Part shown: positions 37,181 to 51,621 of the stretch, piece by piece | Position numbering within the stretch: the stretch's first letter is position 1 | Layout: the number at the start of each line of letters is the position of its first letter | Source of the DNA: Octopus sinensis | Taxonomy: Eukaryota | Reading direction: 5' to 3' | Assembly: GCF_006345805.1 (NCBI RefSeq) | Contig: NC_043004.1 | Location: 82,150,001-82,214,000, forward strand | DNA: 64,000 nucleotides | Translations under genes and position numbers: made by a program | Notes under the pieces: model-generated | The model's database searches: none | What the model was told of the DNA's origin: nothing | The model's input: the letters and a program-made list of their open reading frames with translations, nothing else

Positions 37181-37722
37181 AAGAATATGTATTTGTATGT
37201 ATGTGTATCTATCTGCATGCGAGAATTCTTGATTCAAATCTGTAAAACAAATTTAAGTCCTATCAGCATCGCTATTTATGTTGTATTTTTGTGCGTGTAT
37301 ATATTATATGTATGTATGCCTCTACATACGCATGTATGCTTGCATGTAAGTGTAAATGTCCGACTGAGCGCCTGGCTGGCTGGCTGGCTGGGGGTGTATC
37401 TGTGGAAATGTTTGCAGTTGCATGTGTAGAGAAAAAAATACACGGTGGTAATCGAGAAACTGTTGCATGAATGAGAAAGAATAAGTGAAACTAGATGGAG
37501 AGATTACGACAGTGAATTCACAATTAAAACACAGTAAATATATATCCTTTCTTAGAGTCCATTAGCGAGTCAGTTGTATAATTATTGGCGATGTTCTTTA
37601 TCGTTTCCAAAGTCAATATTGTTAACCATATTTTGGTTTTAGATTTTTGTTTGTTAATCACGTATAGAAATCAAATTAACCACGCACTCTTTTAGATCAA
37701 TAAATATATTATTATTATTATT

Positions 37723-37803
<81 letters not shown>

Positions 37804-38006
37804 GTTCGCATTGTTGTTGTTGTTGTTATTATTATTATTATTATTATTATCATTATTATTATTATTATTATTATTATGATTTGTTTCTCTCTCTGTTATC
37901 AAGAATCGGAAAATGCAAAGAGTAAATATAACAGCGGTCATTTGATACTCTCAAGTTAAACAAGAAATATGGATGTTATACTACTACTACTACTACTACT
38001 ACTACT

Positions 38007-38043
<37 letters not shown>

Positions 38044-38104
38044 CACCACCTCAAAAAAACTGCTGGCCTTGTGTCAAAATTAGAAAGGATTATTACTAGC
38101 ATGA

Positions 38105-39260
38105 TAGGGGCGAAAAGCTGGTAGAATCGTTAGCACGCCGGACAGAAGGTTAGGCTTAGCGGCATTTCTTCTGGCTTTAGGTTTTGTGTTCACATTCCAC
38201 CGAGGTCTACTTTGCTCTTCATCTTTTCGAGACCAATAAAATAAATGCGAGTTGAAAACTAGGGTTGATGTAAGCCCCTTTCTCGCAAAGTTATTATTAG
38301 CATGTCAAGCGATCGTAAATAATTTTTTCTTATCGCTTCTATTCAAGAATGAAAAGCGTTTCCGAAACCAGATTCGAACCCGTGCTTTTCATTTTGCTCC
38401 ATTTCCGCTGGTGATGTTGCATGTATCTTCAGTAACATCACAAATTTTCATGTAGTCTTTTCTGCTTTGGTTTCTAAGTAAACGAAATAATTATCGATTT
38501 TGACAAGATTTTTCAATCATTAATCACAGCAGATTTCTGATAAATTCGATTAATTGATAAAACCTTCGCTAACGATATCATTTGTATAATGGATGAAAGT
38601 AAATGTTATTTGTTCCAGCGTTTCATTCTATTGTTGTAAGATCTGATGGTTTTAGTGGGCGAAAGATAATACAACACACATGTGAATATGGCTCTCTAGT
38701 GAATAATTAAAATAATTAACATTAAAGCCGCCCTAAAGTTGCGCAACCGATTCAACTGAAAAGCCCACTGCAATATATGAATTAAATATTGTTTTGCCAC
38801 TGAAATACATTGCTCTAAAATTAGAACAGGGGAAGGTTTCATAGTATTATCTGCATCACAGGCACCCACATTTATATATCCACAGTAGCATTTGTTCCGC
38901 TTTTACATTTTGAATTTCAATTCCGCTGAGGTCCACTTTGCCCTTCATCCTTTCGGTGCCGATAAATTAAGTACCAGTGAAGCACTGAAGTCGGGGTAAT
39001 CGATTTACCCGCTTCTCCCAAATTTTAAGACTTCTGCCTATAATAGAAAGGATTATTATTAAGGTGACGAAATGACAGAATTGTTAGCGTGTCGAACAAA
39101 ATATTTAGCGGCATTTCATCCGTCTTCGTGTTCTGGGTTCAATAACCGCTGAGGTCGACTTTGTCTTGGTCGTTTCGGGATTGATAAAATAAATATTAAC
39201 TCAGCTCTGAGGTCGATGTATTCGACCAGACCCCTTAACCCCAAATTCCAAACCTTGTGC
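38105..39260 (+). mobile_element. Cluster of three diverged SINE B copies (38105-38310, 38890-39060, 39060-39260)
   Basis: Conserved gaggtc.actttg / gataaa.taa motifs. Confidence 0.65.
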
Positions 39261-39435
39261 CTATAGTGAAACTGATAAATATAATATATAGGCAGACTCA
39301 TGATAGTATATAAATTGCTTAAATTATATATTATATTCAGCGTGCAATATAGTTTAAGAACTATGTTATACACACACCGACATACACAAACATCACTTTA
39401 TATATAAGTCTGTATATCTTGTTATGAATATACAG

Positions 39436-39830
39436 GCTCAGTAGTAGCTGTGTGGTAAGAATCTTGCTTCCCAACCACATGGTTCCGGTTTCAGTCCCAC
39501 TGCGTGGCACACTGGACAAGTGTCTTCTACTGTAGCCTCGGACCGACCAAAGCTTTGTGTGTAGATTTGGTAGACGGAAACTGAAAGAAGCCCGTCGTAT
39601 ATATATATATATATATATAGGTGTTTGTGTGTCTGTGTTTGTAAAACCACCATCACTTGAAAACCGATGTTGGTGTGTTTACGTCCCCGTAACTTAGCAG
39701 TTCGGCAAAAGCGACCGATAGAATAAGTACTAGGCTGACAAAGAATAAGTCCTGGGACTTGCTGGACTAAAAGCGGTGCTCCAGCATGGCCGCAGTCAAG
39801 TGACTGAAACAAGTAAAAGAATTAAAAGAA
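39436..39830 (+). mobile_element. SINE family A
   Basis: Full copy. Confidence 0.85.
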
Positions 39831-40314
39831 TAAAAGAACATATAGATATGGATTTTGGTCAATTCCATGATACATCTACAGATTTTTGTATTTGTATTTA
39901 GATGTGTCCGACTGTGCACGTCTCTGTAAAATGTAATCGGTTGACAGATGCACATATTTTTGTAATTATGTTTGTGCGGGGATTGCAATCTGTTGACGTC
40001 CCACACAGTCATCTACTCTCACTTTCCCTCTCAGTCAACAATTTCCTATATCACACTTATGCGCTCACACTATTTTTCTGTCATACTCTATACTTTCGTT
40101 ATCTTTCCCTTTCAGCTAAAACGCGTTGCAAAGATTTTTGATTCGCTTTTGGAAACACACACGCAAACACATGCCATACATACATACACAATTACATACG
40201 TATACACACACACACCCAAACACGCACACACATATATACACACATACATATGCATATATGTATAAGCTCACAGACATACATATATATACATATACATACA
40301 TATATAATGCATAC

Positions 40315-40354
<40 letters not shown>

Positions 40355-40474
40355 TGTATATGTATGTGTGCATGTGTGTATCTATCTATCTGTCTATCTC
40401 TCTATACCTCTCTTTCTCTCTCTTTCCCTCTCTCTCTATCTATATATATGTATATATATAATATATATGTATAT

Positions 40475-40879
40475 TCTTTTATTCTTTTACTTGTTTCAGT
40501 CATTTGACTGCGGCCATGCTGGAGCACCGCCTTTAGTCGAGCAACTCGACCACGGGACTTATTCTTTTTGTAAGCCCAGTACTTATTCTATCGGTCTCTT
40601 TTTGCCGAACCGCTAAGTGACGGGGACGTAAACACACCAGTATCGGTTGTCAAGCAATGCTAGGGGAACAAACACAGACACACATACACACACACATACA
40701 TATATATATACATATATACGACAGGCTTCTTTCAGTTTCCGTCTACCAAATCCACTCACAAGGCATTGGTCAGCCCGGGGCTATAGCAGAAGACACTTGC
40801 CCAAGATGCCACGCAGTGGGACTGAACCCGGAACCATGTGGTTGGTAAACAAGCTACTTACCACACAGCCACTCCTGCG

Positions 40880-40882
<3 letters not shown>
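40475..40882 (-). mobile_element. SINE family A
   Basis: Full reverse copy. Confidence 0.88.
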
Positions 40883-40921
<39 letters not shown>

Positions 40922-41036
40922 ATATGAATGTGTGCATGTGTGTATCTATCTGTCTAGCTCTCTATCTCTCTCTATCTCTCTATAACTCTCTTTCTCTCTC
41001 CCTCGCTCTCTCTATATCTATATATATATATATATA

Positions 41037-41079
<43 letters not shown>

Positions 41080-41080
<1 letters not shown>

Positions 41081-41290
41081 TCTCTTTACTCTTTTACTTG
41101 TTTCAGTCATTTGACTGCGGCCATGCTTGAGCACCGCCTTTAGTCGAACAAATCGACCTCGGGACTTATTCTTTGTAAGCCCAGTACTTATTCTATCGGT
41201 CTCTTTTTGCCGAACCGCTAAGTTACAGGGACATAAACACACCAGCATCGGTTGTCAAGCAATGCTAAGGGGACAAACACAGACACACAA

Positions 41291-41345
<55 letters not shown>

Positions 41346-41502
41346 TACGACGGGCTTCTTTCAGTTTCCGTCTACCAAATCCACTCACAAGGCTTTGGTC
41401 GGCCCGAGGCTATAGTAGAAGACACCTGCCCAAGGTGCCACGCAGTGGGACTGAACCTGGAACCATGTGGTTGGTAAACAAGCTACTTACCACACAGCCA
41501 CT
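41080..41502 (-). mobile_element. SINE family A
   Basis: Full reverse copy. Confidence 0.88.
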
Positions 41503-41854
41503 ATACATACACATATACATATATTCATGCTCATACAAACATAGATAAATACATACCCACATATATGGCCCTGTCTGTACGTCTGGAAAGACAGTTCTCA
41601 TTTATAAGCCTCTAGGAGTTTCTTTAAATATATTATTTAAGGCAAAAACTATAGACGAATGAGCAATAGAACTTGAAATGTAAAATAATTGAAGCGACAA
41701 ATGCCCAAAAGGCAAATAAGGTGCTAGTTTTCATTGTTTAGCATAATTAAAATTGAAGATATTATTAATTTATATACGCACCACAGATTAAACGATTGGA
41801 AAAGAAAAATTCCAAGCCTAGGGTTACAAGTAACCTCAGATGCGAAGATTACTG

Positions 41855-41874
41855 ATTCATCATCATCATCATCA

Positions 41875-41923
<49 letters not shown>

Positions 41924-42088
41924 CATCCTCCTCTTCCTCCTCTTCCTCCTCCTCCTCCTCTCCTCCTCCTCCTCCTCCTCCTCATCATCATCATCATCAT
42001 CATCGTTATTATTATTATTATTATTATTATCATCATCATCTTCCTCCTCCTCCTCCTCATCATTCTCATCATCATCATTCTCATCATT

Positions 42089-42151
<63 letters not shown>

Positions 42152-42512
42152 GTGAAAGGCGGCGAGCTTACAGAAACGTTAGCGCGCTGGGCGAAATGCT
42201 TAGCGGTATTTCGTCTGCCGCTACGTTCTGAGTTCAAATTCCGCTGAGGTCGACTTTGCCTCAGTATAATCGATTGGCTCCTCCCCCAAAATTTCGGTCC
42301 TTGTGCCTTGAGTAGAAAAGAATCGTTAGCGCGCCGGGCGGAATGTTTAGCGGTATTTCGTCTGAGTTCAAGATCCACTGTGGTTGACTTTGCCTTTCAT
42401 CCTTTCGGGATCGATAAATGTAACACCAGTGAAACACTGCAGTGGGGTCGATGTAATCGACTAGTTCCCCACCCCCAAATTTCAGGCCTTGTGCCTATGG
42501 TAGAAAGGATTA

Positions 42513-42530
<18 letters not shown>
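41855..42530 (+). repeat. (CAT/TAT/CCT)n compound triplet tract followed by SINE B pieces
   Basis: Direct reading; SINE head at ~42155. Confidence 0.85.
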
Positions 42531-42556
<26 letters not shown>

Positions 42557-43227
42557 TTATTATTATTATTATTATGTTTTTTCCTTCTTTCTTCAAATTT
42601 TCTTCCGTTTCTCGCCGAGTGTTTTCCATATACTTAGGGCAGAGAAGGGCATTGTATAGATTCCCAGATTACACGCGCAAATTCACAGATAAAATATGTA
42701 TTTAAAAATTAATAAATAAATAAATTCATGGATGGATGTTATTTTCACAGCGATAGTGCTCTTCTCAGTATGTGAGCCGTTCCAGTTAATACGATTTTTT
42801 GCACTTCCTGTAGGGATGGTAAGCCTGGAATCATTTTCAAACAGGTTTCAGTACTTTTTTTTCTATTATTATTATTATTATCATTATTATTATGAAAGGC
42901 GGCGTGAAGGCAGAAACGTTAGCACTCCGGACGAAATGCTTGACACGCTACAGAGATCGATATAGCTAAGTGAAACACTTAAAAGTGATACATCAGAACA
43001 ATTACTTTCAAACGTCTCGAATTAAACAAGAAGCTATTTGGTTCCATTCCTTTGCGAACTGATTCTGGTTATTCCAGTGTTTTTCTACTTCGTTAAATAT
43101 ATTTCCGCTCTTAACTATTAGCGTGCTTCAATTCAGCCTGCAGATTCACATATAAATGTTTATGTATCTGTAAAAAAATAATTAGAGAACAAAAGCTAAA
43201 TGAAAAAAAAAAAAAAAAAAAAGAATG

Positions 43228-43470
43228 ATAATATGAAACGCAACTTCTAAAACTCTCCACTTTAGAAATCTGTTTATTTCCCTTAGGTGAATATCAAGTG
43301 ACGACAATGAAAGTCTTGTGCATCGAAATTGCTAACGTATCTTCTCTATGATGAGGTTTTGTTTATTATTATTGAGTGTCAACTAAGACTTTTGAGCTTA
43401 CAAGATTGTTTGAAATATTGCAGATGAACCGTATGGAAAAACAAATTGCGGCATGCTTCTGGTTGAGAAA
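43228..43470 (+). repeat. Direct repeat unit 1 (partner 45523-45770)
   Basis: caacttctaaaactctccactt.agaaatctgtttatttcccttaggtgaatatcaagtgacga... shared. Confidence 0.88.
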
Positions 43471-43855
43471 AATAGTGTTTATGTGAGCTACAACATGTAA
43501 GATTTATACAAATGGATGATCCCCCACCACATTCATATACAAACATATGCATACACTCCCAGAAACGACACGCATGCACAACACAAATCATATCTATACA
43601 TTTATATATAATATGCACAAACATGTATGTACAGGCACACACACGCTCACACGCACACACATCCATAAACGCACACACGCACACATATAAATGTATATAT
43701 TATATACGCAGTTACTGATATATATTCATATATCTATGCGTATATTCTTATAAATACATACATGCGTATATATATATATTACTTTTCAACATGAATATAA
43801 TTGACTATGAGTGCGAAGTTTCGACCAGTTAAGCCATCGTCGGATTGTAGATACC

Positions 43856-43887
<32 letters not shown>

Positions 43888-44439
43888 CATACATATATAT
43901 GTGTGTATGCATCAAAATATACAAAGTCCACTAAAAACATTACTCAATGTATGAAAAAGCACAAAATGGTTTCTTATAAAACTGTAGTTAATAAATGGAT
44001 AATATATTATGTTAATATATCTTTGTCATACATTTGGTTTTTGTTATGATTTTATTTGACTTCAAACACAAATAAAAACAACTTTAAGCAGAATTTTAAG
44101 AAAAATTGTATAGATTCACTTGATATTTTAAACGCTTTTACACAAAATATCATTACTCATTTCTTCACCATACCATACGGTGAACATTCTGTCAATATTT
44201 GTACAGATTATCACAATAATGCCGGTTGAATTAATTGTTTTGTTTTAAGTATAATATTTGTTAGATAAGAAATACCTTTAACCTCATTCAATATTAGAAA
44301 TTGCGTGGTACAACCCTCCTTTTAATTTAGTCGTATGGAAGAATATACCCTAAAATACACTAAATCTTTTTGCCACATTTTTGCTGTTGTTTCGACACAG
44401 TTCAATTCTGATCAATCTTAAACGATTAACGTTAAACGT

Positions 44440-44750
44440 CGCCCTTTTCAAGCCTAGCTAGGCTCATGAGCCCGGTTTCCCGATTTCTGTGGCGTATGTG
44501 TTCCCCCCAGCTGGACGGGACGCCAGTCCATCGCAGCGTTACTCAGGAAACAGGAAGAGAGAGTGAGAGTAAGTTGTGGAGAAAGAGTAAAACAGGGGTC
44601 GCCACCACCCATTGCCGGAGCCTCGTGGAGCTTTTTTTTTTAGATGTTTTCGCTCAATAAACACACACAACGCCCGGTCTGGGAATCGAAACTGCGATCC
44701 TCCGACCGCGAGTCCGCTGCCCTAGCCACTGGGCCATGGCGCCTTCACAA
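44440..44750 (-). mobile_element. SINE family D with Y-type tail
   Basis: Head (rc) gcgccatggcccagtggctagggcagcggactcgcgg; tail gcgatggactggcgtcccgtccag resembles the V-domain of V-SINEs (inference). Confidence 0.75.
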
Positions 44751-45522
44751 TCAATCTCACCTATGACGCAATTACTACGTTTCCCTTGCTTCCATGCATA
44801 GTGTATCTAGGTCCACACAGTCTAATATGAATGACCTCTTTTCAAGGTTGCAGGGATGTGATATTAGAGAAATTTTGTGGCTATGTTCTTGAAGGATAAA
44901 TTATCCTGAAGAGACCTCCTCGCTGGCTTGAGATGCATCAACTCTTTTGATAGCAATCCATTCCAAAACGTCACTGGTTTTATGATACACACTTTATATT
45001 TTAAACTGACTGAAATAAAGCTTTCCACCAAAATATCATCTATTATCTTTTACCTGCCTCAGGCATTAGAGGGCAGTCATGCTGGAGCATTGAACCTTAG
45101 TACTTTTCCCAAAGCCCGGTAGTCTTTTTCGACCATGCTACTTTTCTTAAGGCCCGGCAGTCACTGCTGCCGAATTGCTAAGTTACGGGGACGTAAACAC
45201 ACAAATACCAGTAGTTAAGTGGTGATAGCGAATAAACTCACACACAGACTTACGCACATACACATACAGTAGCTTCTTTCTGCCGAATCCAAGGTACCAC
45301 GAAGTGGAACTGAAACCAGAACCACGTAGTTATGAAGCAAACTTCTTACCAACTCACTGGATTATGTTTTGCCAAATGATTATTCCTGTCTTTTTAGGCT
45401 TGTTAAATATGTATACACGCTTAACTGAAAGCTTTCAACAGTTCACCCTACAGCCTTCTTATACATGTGTATATTTCTGTAAAAAACCATTATAGAAATA
45501 AGGCTGGCTAAAAAAATATGGT

Positions 45523-45770
45523 AATATGAAACGCAATTTATAACACAACTTCTAAAACTCTCCACTTCAGAAATCTGTTTATTTCCCTTAGGTGAATATC
45601 AAGTGACGATAGTTAAAGACTTGTGCATCGAAATGGTTATCGTAACTTCTCTATGGTGATGTTTTGTTTATTGTTATTGAGTGTCAACTAAGATTTTGAG
45701 CTTACAAGATTGCTTGAAATATTGCAGATGAACCAATAAGAAAATAAACTGTGGCATGCGTAAGATTGAG
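45523..45770 (+). repeat. Direct repeat unit 2 (partner 43228-43470)
   Basis: See unit 1. Confidence 0.88.
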
Positions 45771-46097
45771 AAAAGAGCATATAAGTGAGACAGAATACAC
45801 GAGGTTTGTACAAACTGATGTACAAATACGCAGGTGTACACTCCCATAAGTACACTCCACCACACACACACAAACTCACACCCACACACACACACACACA
45901 TGATTGTATATACTTAGACATGTCACATTGTAATATATATAAATACATCTTTCTCTCTCTCTATCTATCTCTTCACACACACATTTAAATATTTACATGT
46001 ACTTCTATTCATATTTTTGTCGTTATATATATATGTGCATATATACATTTACATTCATGTGTATACACATACATACACATACACATATAAATGTATG

Positions 46098-46148
<51 letters not shown>

Positions 46149-46204
46149 CTACACACACATGTATGCATCTACAAAGAGAAAGAGAGAGGGAGAGATAGAT
46201 AGAT

Positions 46205-46246
<42 letters not shown>

Positions 46247-46248
46247 GC

Positions 46249-46312
<64 letters not shown>

Positions 46313-46949
46313 TAAAGTATTAAGTGATACTAACGGATTGTTTTATTAATGAAATTCTTCTTGGTAAATACACCCATTCTTTAGAATGAAGCCAAGATTC
46401 TATAAAAACTAGTGCGAAATATTTGCTCCAAAATTCACATCCAGTACAAATTATTTCGTTGATTTTTCTCAGTCACAACGCATGATGCACAAACGCCATC
46501 TTTGTATATACGATCATCTGTGTGTTTCTTAGAAAAGATATGAAAGGATAAAAGAGACACATAAATCCAATTATGCAGACAGAATATTATCTGTACTTTT
46601 GGAAATGGCCCCTGGAGTAATGAAAAAACGTAAGAAAAGCTAAGAGAATTTACCATATCCCACCAATCTATTTTGCTACCCTACATAACCGCAATAATAT
46701 AAACTATTGTGTGAAACTGTATAGCATCTGAATAAATTTGTTTATACAGCTACCTTCCTGTATGTATACACACTTCTGGTTTTTCATTTACAGGCGAACG
46801 TATCACAAACGCACGCGCAAACACACTCACACACACACCCACCCACCCACATTAAAAAAACGACACATACAAGCACACATGACATACATTGGTGCAAAGC
46901 GTACATACGTGTATGTATGTGTATGTGTGTATATAAATGTGTGTGTATA

Positions 46950-46970
46950 TATGTATATATATGTACACCC

Positions 46971-47050
<80 letters not shown>

Positions 47051-47092
47051 GTCTATCTATCTATCTACTATCTATCTATCTATCTATCTATC

Positions 47093-47140
<48 letters not shown>

Positions 47141-47200
47141 CTATCTATCTATCTAATCTATCTATCTATCTATCTATATCTATATCTATCTAATATCTAT
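46950..47200. repeat. (ATCT)n microsatellite
   Basis: Direct reading. Confidence 0.95.
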
Positions 47201-47531
47201 AATCTATCTGTGTGTGTGTGTATCTTTTATCATTTACTTTTTATATTTTACTTGTTTCAGTCATTAGACTGCGGCCGTGCTGGGGCACCGCTTTGAAGAA
47301 TTTTTGTGGAACGAATCAACACACCAGTCCTTGACTTTTTTCAAAGCTTGGTGTTTATTTCATTCTACCTTTTGCCGAACTACTAATTTACGGGGACATA
47401 AACACACCAATACCGCTTCTCAAGCGGAGGTAGAGAGAAACATTGACTCAAACACACACACACACAACGGCTTCTTTCAGCTTCCGTCTACCAAATCCGC
47501 TCAAAAGGATTTGCTCGGCCCAAGAGTATGA

Positions 47532-47855
47532 TATTGGTTGGCAACTAAGTTCCCACGGTTTTTTTTTTGAAATTTTGGAGTTTAATGCGTTTTTAAATTT
47601 TAGAATCTATTTTTTTCGAGAATTCTATTTTTGAATCATTTTGGAATTTTTTTTTCTAGTTAATTTTAGTTAATTTTTGTTTATTTTCAGATCTTAAAAT
47701 GGAATGCCATGTTAGGAAAAACGAGCATTTTCGACATCTTCTTTTTGCTTTTAACCAAGGCTCTAAGGCCGCAAAAGCTGCTCACGGCATTTGTGCTGTG
47801 TATGGAGAGGGTGCCATAGTTGAAAAAACTGCTCATGATTGGTATGCCAAGTTCA
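47532..47855 (+). pseudogene. Mariner 5' end (TIR plus transposase N-terminus), cut off by a SINE A fragment
   Basis: TIR-like tattggttggcaactaagttccc; MECHVRKNEHFRHLLFAFNQGSKAAKAAHGICAVYGEGAIVEKTAHDWYAKF = mariner HTH region. Confidence 0.8.
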
Positions 47856-48133
47856 GTGGGACTGAACTCGGAACCATATGGTTGGGAAGCAAACTTCTCA
47901 TGTCTCTGACAGGCTGCTACCTGTATACATACATACATACATACATACATACATACATACATACATACGCATTTCAGATGCAAAGAACTCTGCATGTGTG
48001 TATATGTAAAGATTGCTTGCTGTGGTGTACAGGTTTTATATAGTAAAAAAAAAAATGAACAAAGAAGGCAGGAAGAATTTTGGATAATCATTTATTTAGG
48101 TCTTTCGTCTGGCTTTAGAGACTCTTCAAGAAT

Positions 48134-48178
48134 GAATTCTGATGAGTCTCTGGAACGAGATGAAAACGCTTAAGAAAT
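48134..48178 (+). ncRNA. Degenerate hammerhead motif
   Basis: CTGATGA-GTCTC-TGGAAC-GAGAT-GAAA; stems I and III are weak. Confidence 0.5.
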
Positions 48179-48211
48179 AATTATCTAATATTCTAGCTGA
48201 CTTCTTTTCTC

Positions 48212-48266
<55 letters not shown>

Positions 48267-49525
48267 GCATACATATATACACACATATATGTATTATATG
48301 TATATATATATAATATTATATATATATACACATACACACACACACACACACACAAATATATATATATATGTATATATATGTACATATATATATATGTGTA
48401 TATATGTATATATAAATATATGTTATATATATATATATATATAGATATATATATGTATATATATTTATATATATATGTATGTATATACATATATGTATAT
48501 AATATAAATGTATATATATGTATAATATATATACACGCGCACACATGGTTCTTTTATGTTTAAACATGTGAAGTGAATGGCATTTCATTTTATGAAGCAC
48601 AACCGTTTACTTTCAAGAAAATGCAGTTGCACCTCATCCATGTATGTATGTATGTATGTATGTATCTATCTATGTATGTATGTATCTATCTATCTATCTA
48701 TCCCCTTTTGCCTCTCTATATGTGTGTATGTGCGTGTATATATATATATATGTGTGTATGTGTGTGTGTGTGTGTATATGTGTGTATGTGTGTACGAACA
48801 CAAATGTACATATGCTTTTCTTTAATAAAATACGCAGCAGAAAATGGAGGTTTCAATATAAACACAGGTATATTATACGTCCAAACAAATGTAATGAGTT
48901 AAATTTCCAATTTACACCTTAGTGGAATTCTGGCAAGTAAAGATTTCGATGAAAGCATAAGAAGCGGGAACAGATGCAACGAAACCGATAACTAAAAAAA
49001 AACCCAAAAAACAATCGCTATCCTTAATGAAAGTTGAAGGAACGACGATGTTAGACAGATCGAAAAAGGAACAAAATGAATAAAAAAAAAATGGAAGAAA
49101 CACGTTTCGGTTAATTTCACCATCTTTTTCGTTCTATTCCTTTATTCTTTTATTTGCTTCAGTTAATTGGCTGCGGCTATGCTGGAGCACCGCCTTTTAA
49201 TCGAACGAATCGACCCCGGGACTTATTCATTTTAAGCCTAGTACTTATTCTAACGGGCTTCTTTGCCGAACCGGTATGTTACGGGGACGTAAACACACCA
49301 ACATCGGTTGCCAAGCGATCAATCAATTAATTAATAATTAATAATTTTACCAAGTAGTTCGGAATCTTAAAATAACCTCTTTAGGTAAAATTATACAAAT
49401 ATTCCATAATTATGTTTACTATTATAGAATATTTGTATGTATGTATATATGTATGTGTATATACATACATACATACATACATACATACATACATACATAC
49501 AACATACACACAACACACACACACA

Positions 49526-49578
<53 letters not shown>

Positions 49579-49689
49579 TATTATATATATGTATACATAC
49601 ATACATACATACAAATATTTCCTAGCTTTAAGGGTGACGCGAAAACCTTTAAACCTTTATGAAGGCCCAACTTTGGGAGTTCTTTCACA

Positions 49690-49822
49690 GGGCGTAGAAA
49701 AACTGAAAGACCGCTGCAATAAATGTATGAATCAGAGAAGGGAATATGTTGAATAAAATCATAATTAACTGATCCTCCTCTATTTTCTTTTACCGAAAGG
49801 AACTTTTCAGTACCCCTTTGTA
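49690..49822 (+). pseudogene. Mariner 3' end with right TIR
   Basis: QGVEKLKDRCNKCMNQRREYVE* matches the mariner C-terminus; TIR gaacttttcagtacccctttgta. Confidence 0.7.
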
Positions 49823-50731
49823 TATACCCATTGCTTCTGCCTCTGTATGATGTAGGTGTATTTATGTGTGAGTCTGTGGTTGTAACAATGACTGAATCAG
49901 TCTATAATCTAAACTTTGTTTAACTTTTATATACACTTGGTTGGCTGAGCACTAACTGATTCTTTAGTCACCTGTTTAATCAAAATCAAGAAGCATAAAA
50001 TAATCGTGTATCTTGTATGAATCTAGACAGGATTTGTGTGTTAAAAGGAGATGACAGGCCAAGCACCTCAAGTTTTTAATGAAAATAACTTTTAATTTAT
50101 ATTTATTGATTTTTTTCCTGTCAGATATATTCTTATTCAATATATTTGAACGCAGTACATTGTGATCTGGTTATATATTGCAGTGTGTGGGCTGTGAAAT
50201 AAGAACGATATTAGGGAATTTTATGATAAATATTCAAATAAATATACACACACACATGTACTACATAGAAAGGGATACGGAACAGTTCTTGGCTTTGGGT
50301 AAATCAGGAGGATCACTTAATAATGATTTTATTCATCATATTCCGCTCTCAGATTCACACACTTATTGCAGTAGTCCTTCAGTTTTTCTAAACCCTGTAA
50401 AAGAACTTGGGGAGTTGGGCATGCAACCTGATCTTTCGTTATGCTCTTAAAGTCAGGAACTTTTCAGCACTCGCGCGTATATCGAGATCCACGTTTTATG
50501 CCAGTGCTGAGGAATCCTTTCTCATTCGTTCATATATATAGTATATATAATATATATATATATAATATATATATATATAATATATATATATGTTCACATC
50601 TCTTGAGCACTTCAAAGTGTATTCTATATAAAGAACACTTGTCTCTAACCTATAATATACATAATATAATTATATATATATATATTAATATATTATTTAT
50701 ATATGTATATATATATATTGTATATATATAT

Positions 50732-50775
<44 letters not shown>

Positions 50776-50829
50776 ATATATGTAAGTATGTATGTACGTA
50801 TGTGTGAACGTATGCCTGTCGTTATGAAT

Positions 50830-50888
<59 letters not shown>

Positions 50889-51621
50889 TATATATATATC
50901 GATATAGTATATGATTTAGCTCAGGCCAAGCGATACTAAGAACCATTTGGTAAAACTCAACATACACAGGCATTAGGGTAGAGATTAAAGAGTGTAATCT
51001 TAATTAATGAATGGCAAGCGAACAGGAATCACGTAGTCACGTTCAATAAGTTATAATCTTTTTTCTAATAAAAAATAAAAACCATGACCTCAGTCCTACG
51101 TGATAGTGCAACATCCTATAACGTCAGCGGAGTCATTAAAAAGAGGTGTATGTTTATCTCAGAAAGGAATTAAGTGCGCGCCACACACACACACATACAT
51201 ACACACATGTACGCAATCACGCACACATGCACTTACACACACATTTGTATCTGTTTGAGTGTGCGCGCGTTAGTACTTTGTATTCATCAATTTTAGAAGT
51301 TTTTTTTATTACCATCGAGAAATGAAAGATTTTTACATTATACGAATTTTGAATTTTTGCATGATGTGAATTAAAGAACTGTTTAACGGTGGAACTCGAA
51401 GTAGATAAAGCTATAAATAAAAGTGTATAAAAGGCTGAGTTCTTTTATGAAAAAAAAAAAACGACATCGAGTTTTCCATCAAAGGAATTTAAAAATTAGC
51501 ATTCTGCATGAAATGACACGGAATGACACGGAATAACATGGAATGACATGGCTATGAATGACTGTTATTACGAATGACATAGAATGACACAGCAGCAACG
51601 CATTCAGAAAATGGTCCTTAC

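Noticed and set aside
43812-43845. Minus-strand hammerhead-like CCGACGA...GAAAC
   Set aside because: U4 is mutated, stem II is only 3 bp and there is no NUH/stem I; at best a dead copy, so it was not counted.
47532-49822. One mariner spanning the 5' piece at 47532 and the 3' piece at 49690
   Set aside because: The two TIRs are not reverse complements; they come from different mariner families.
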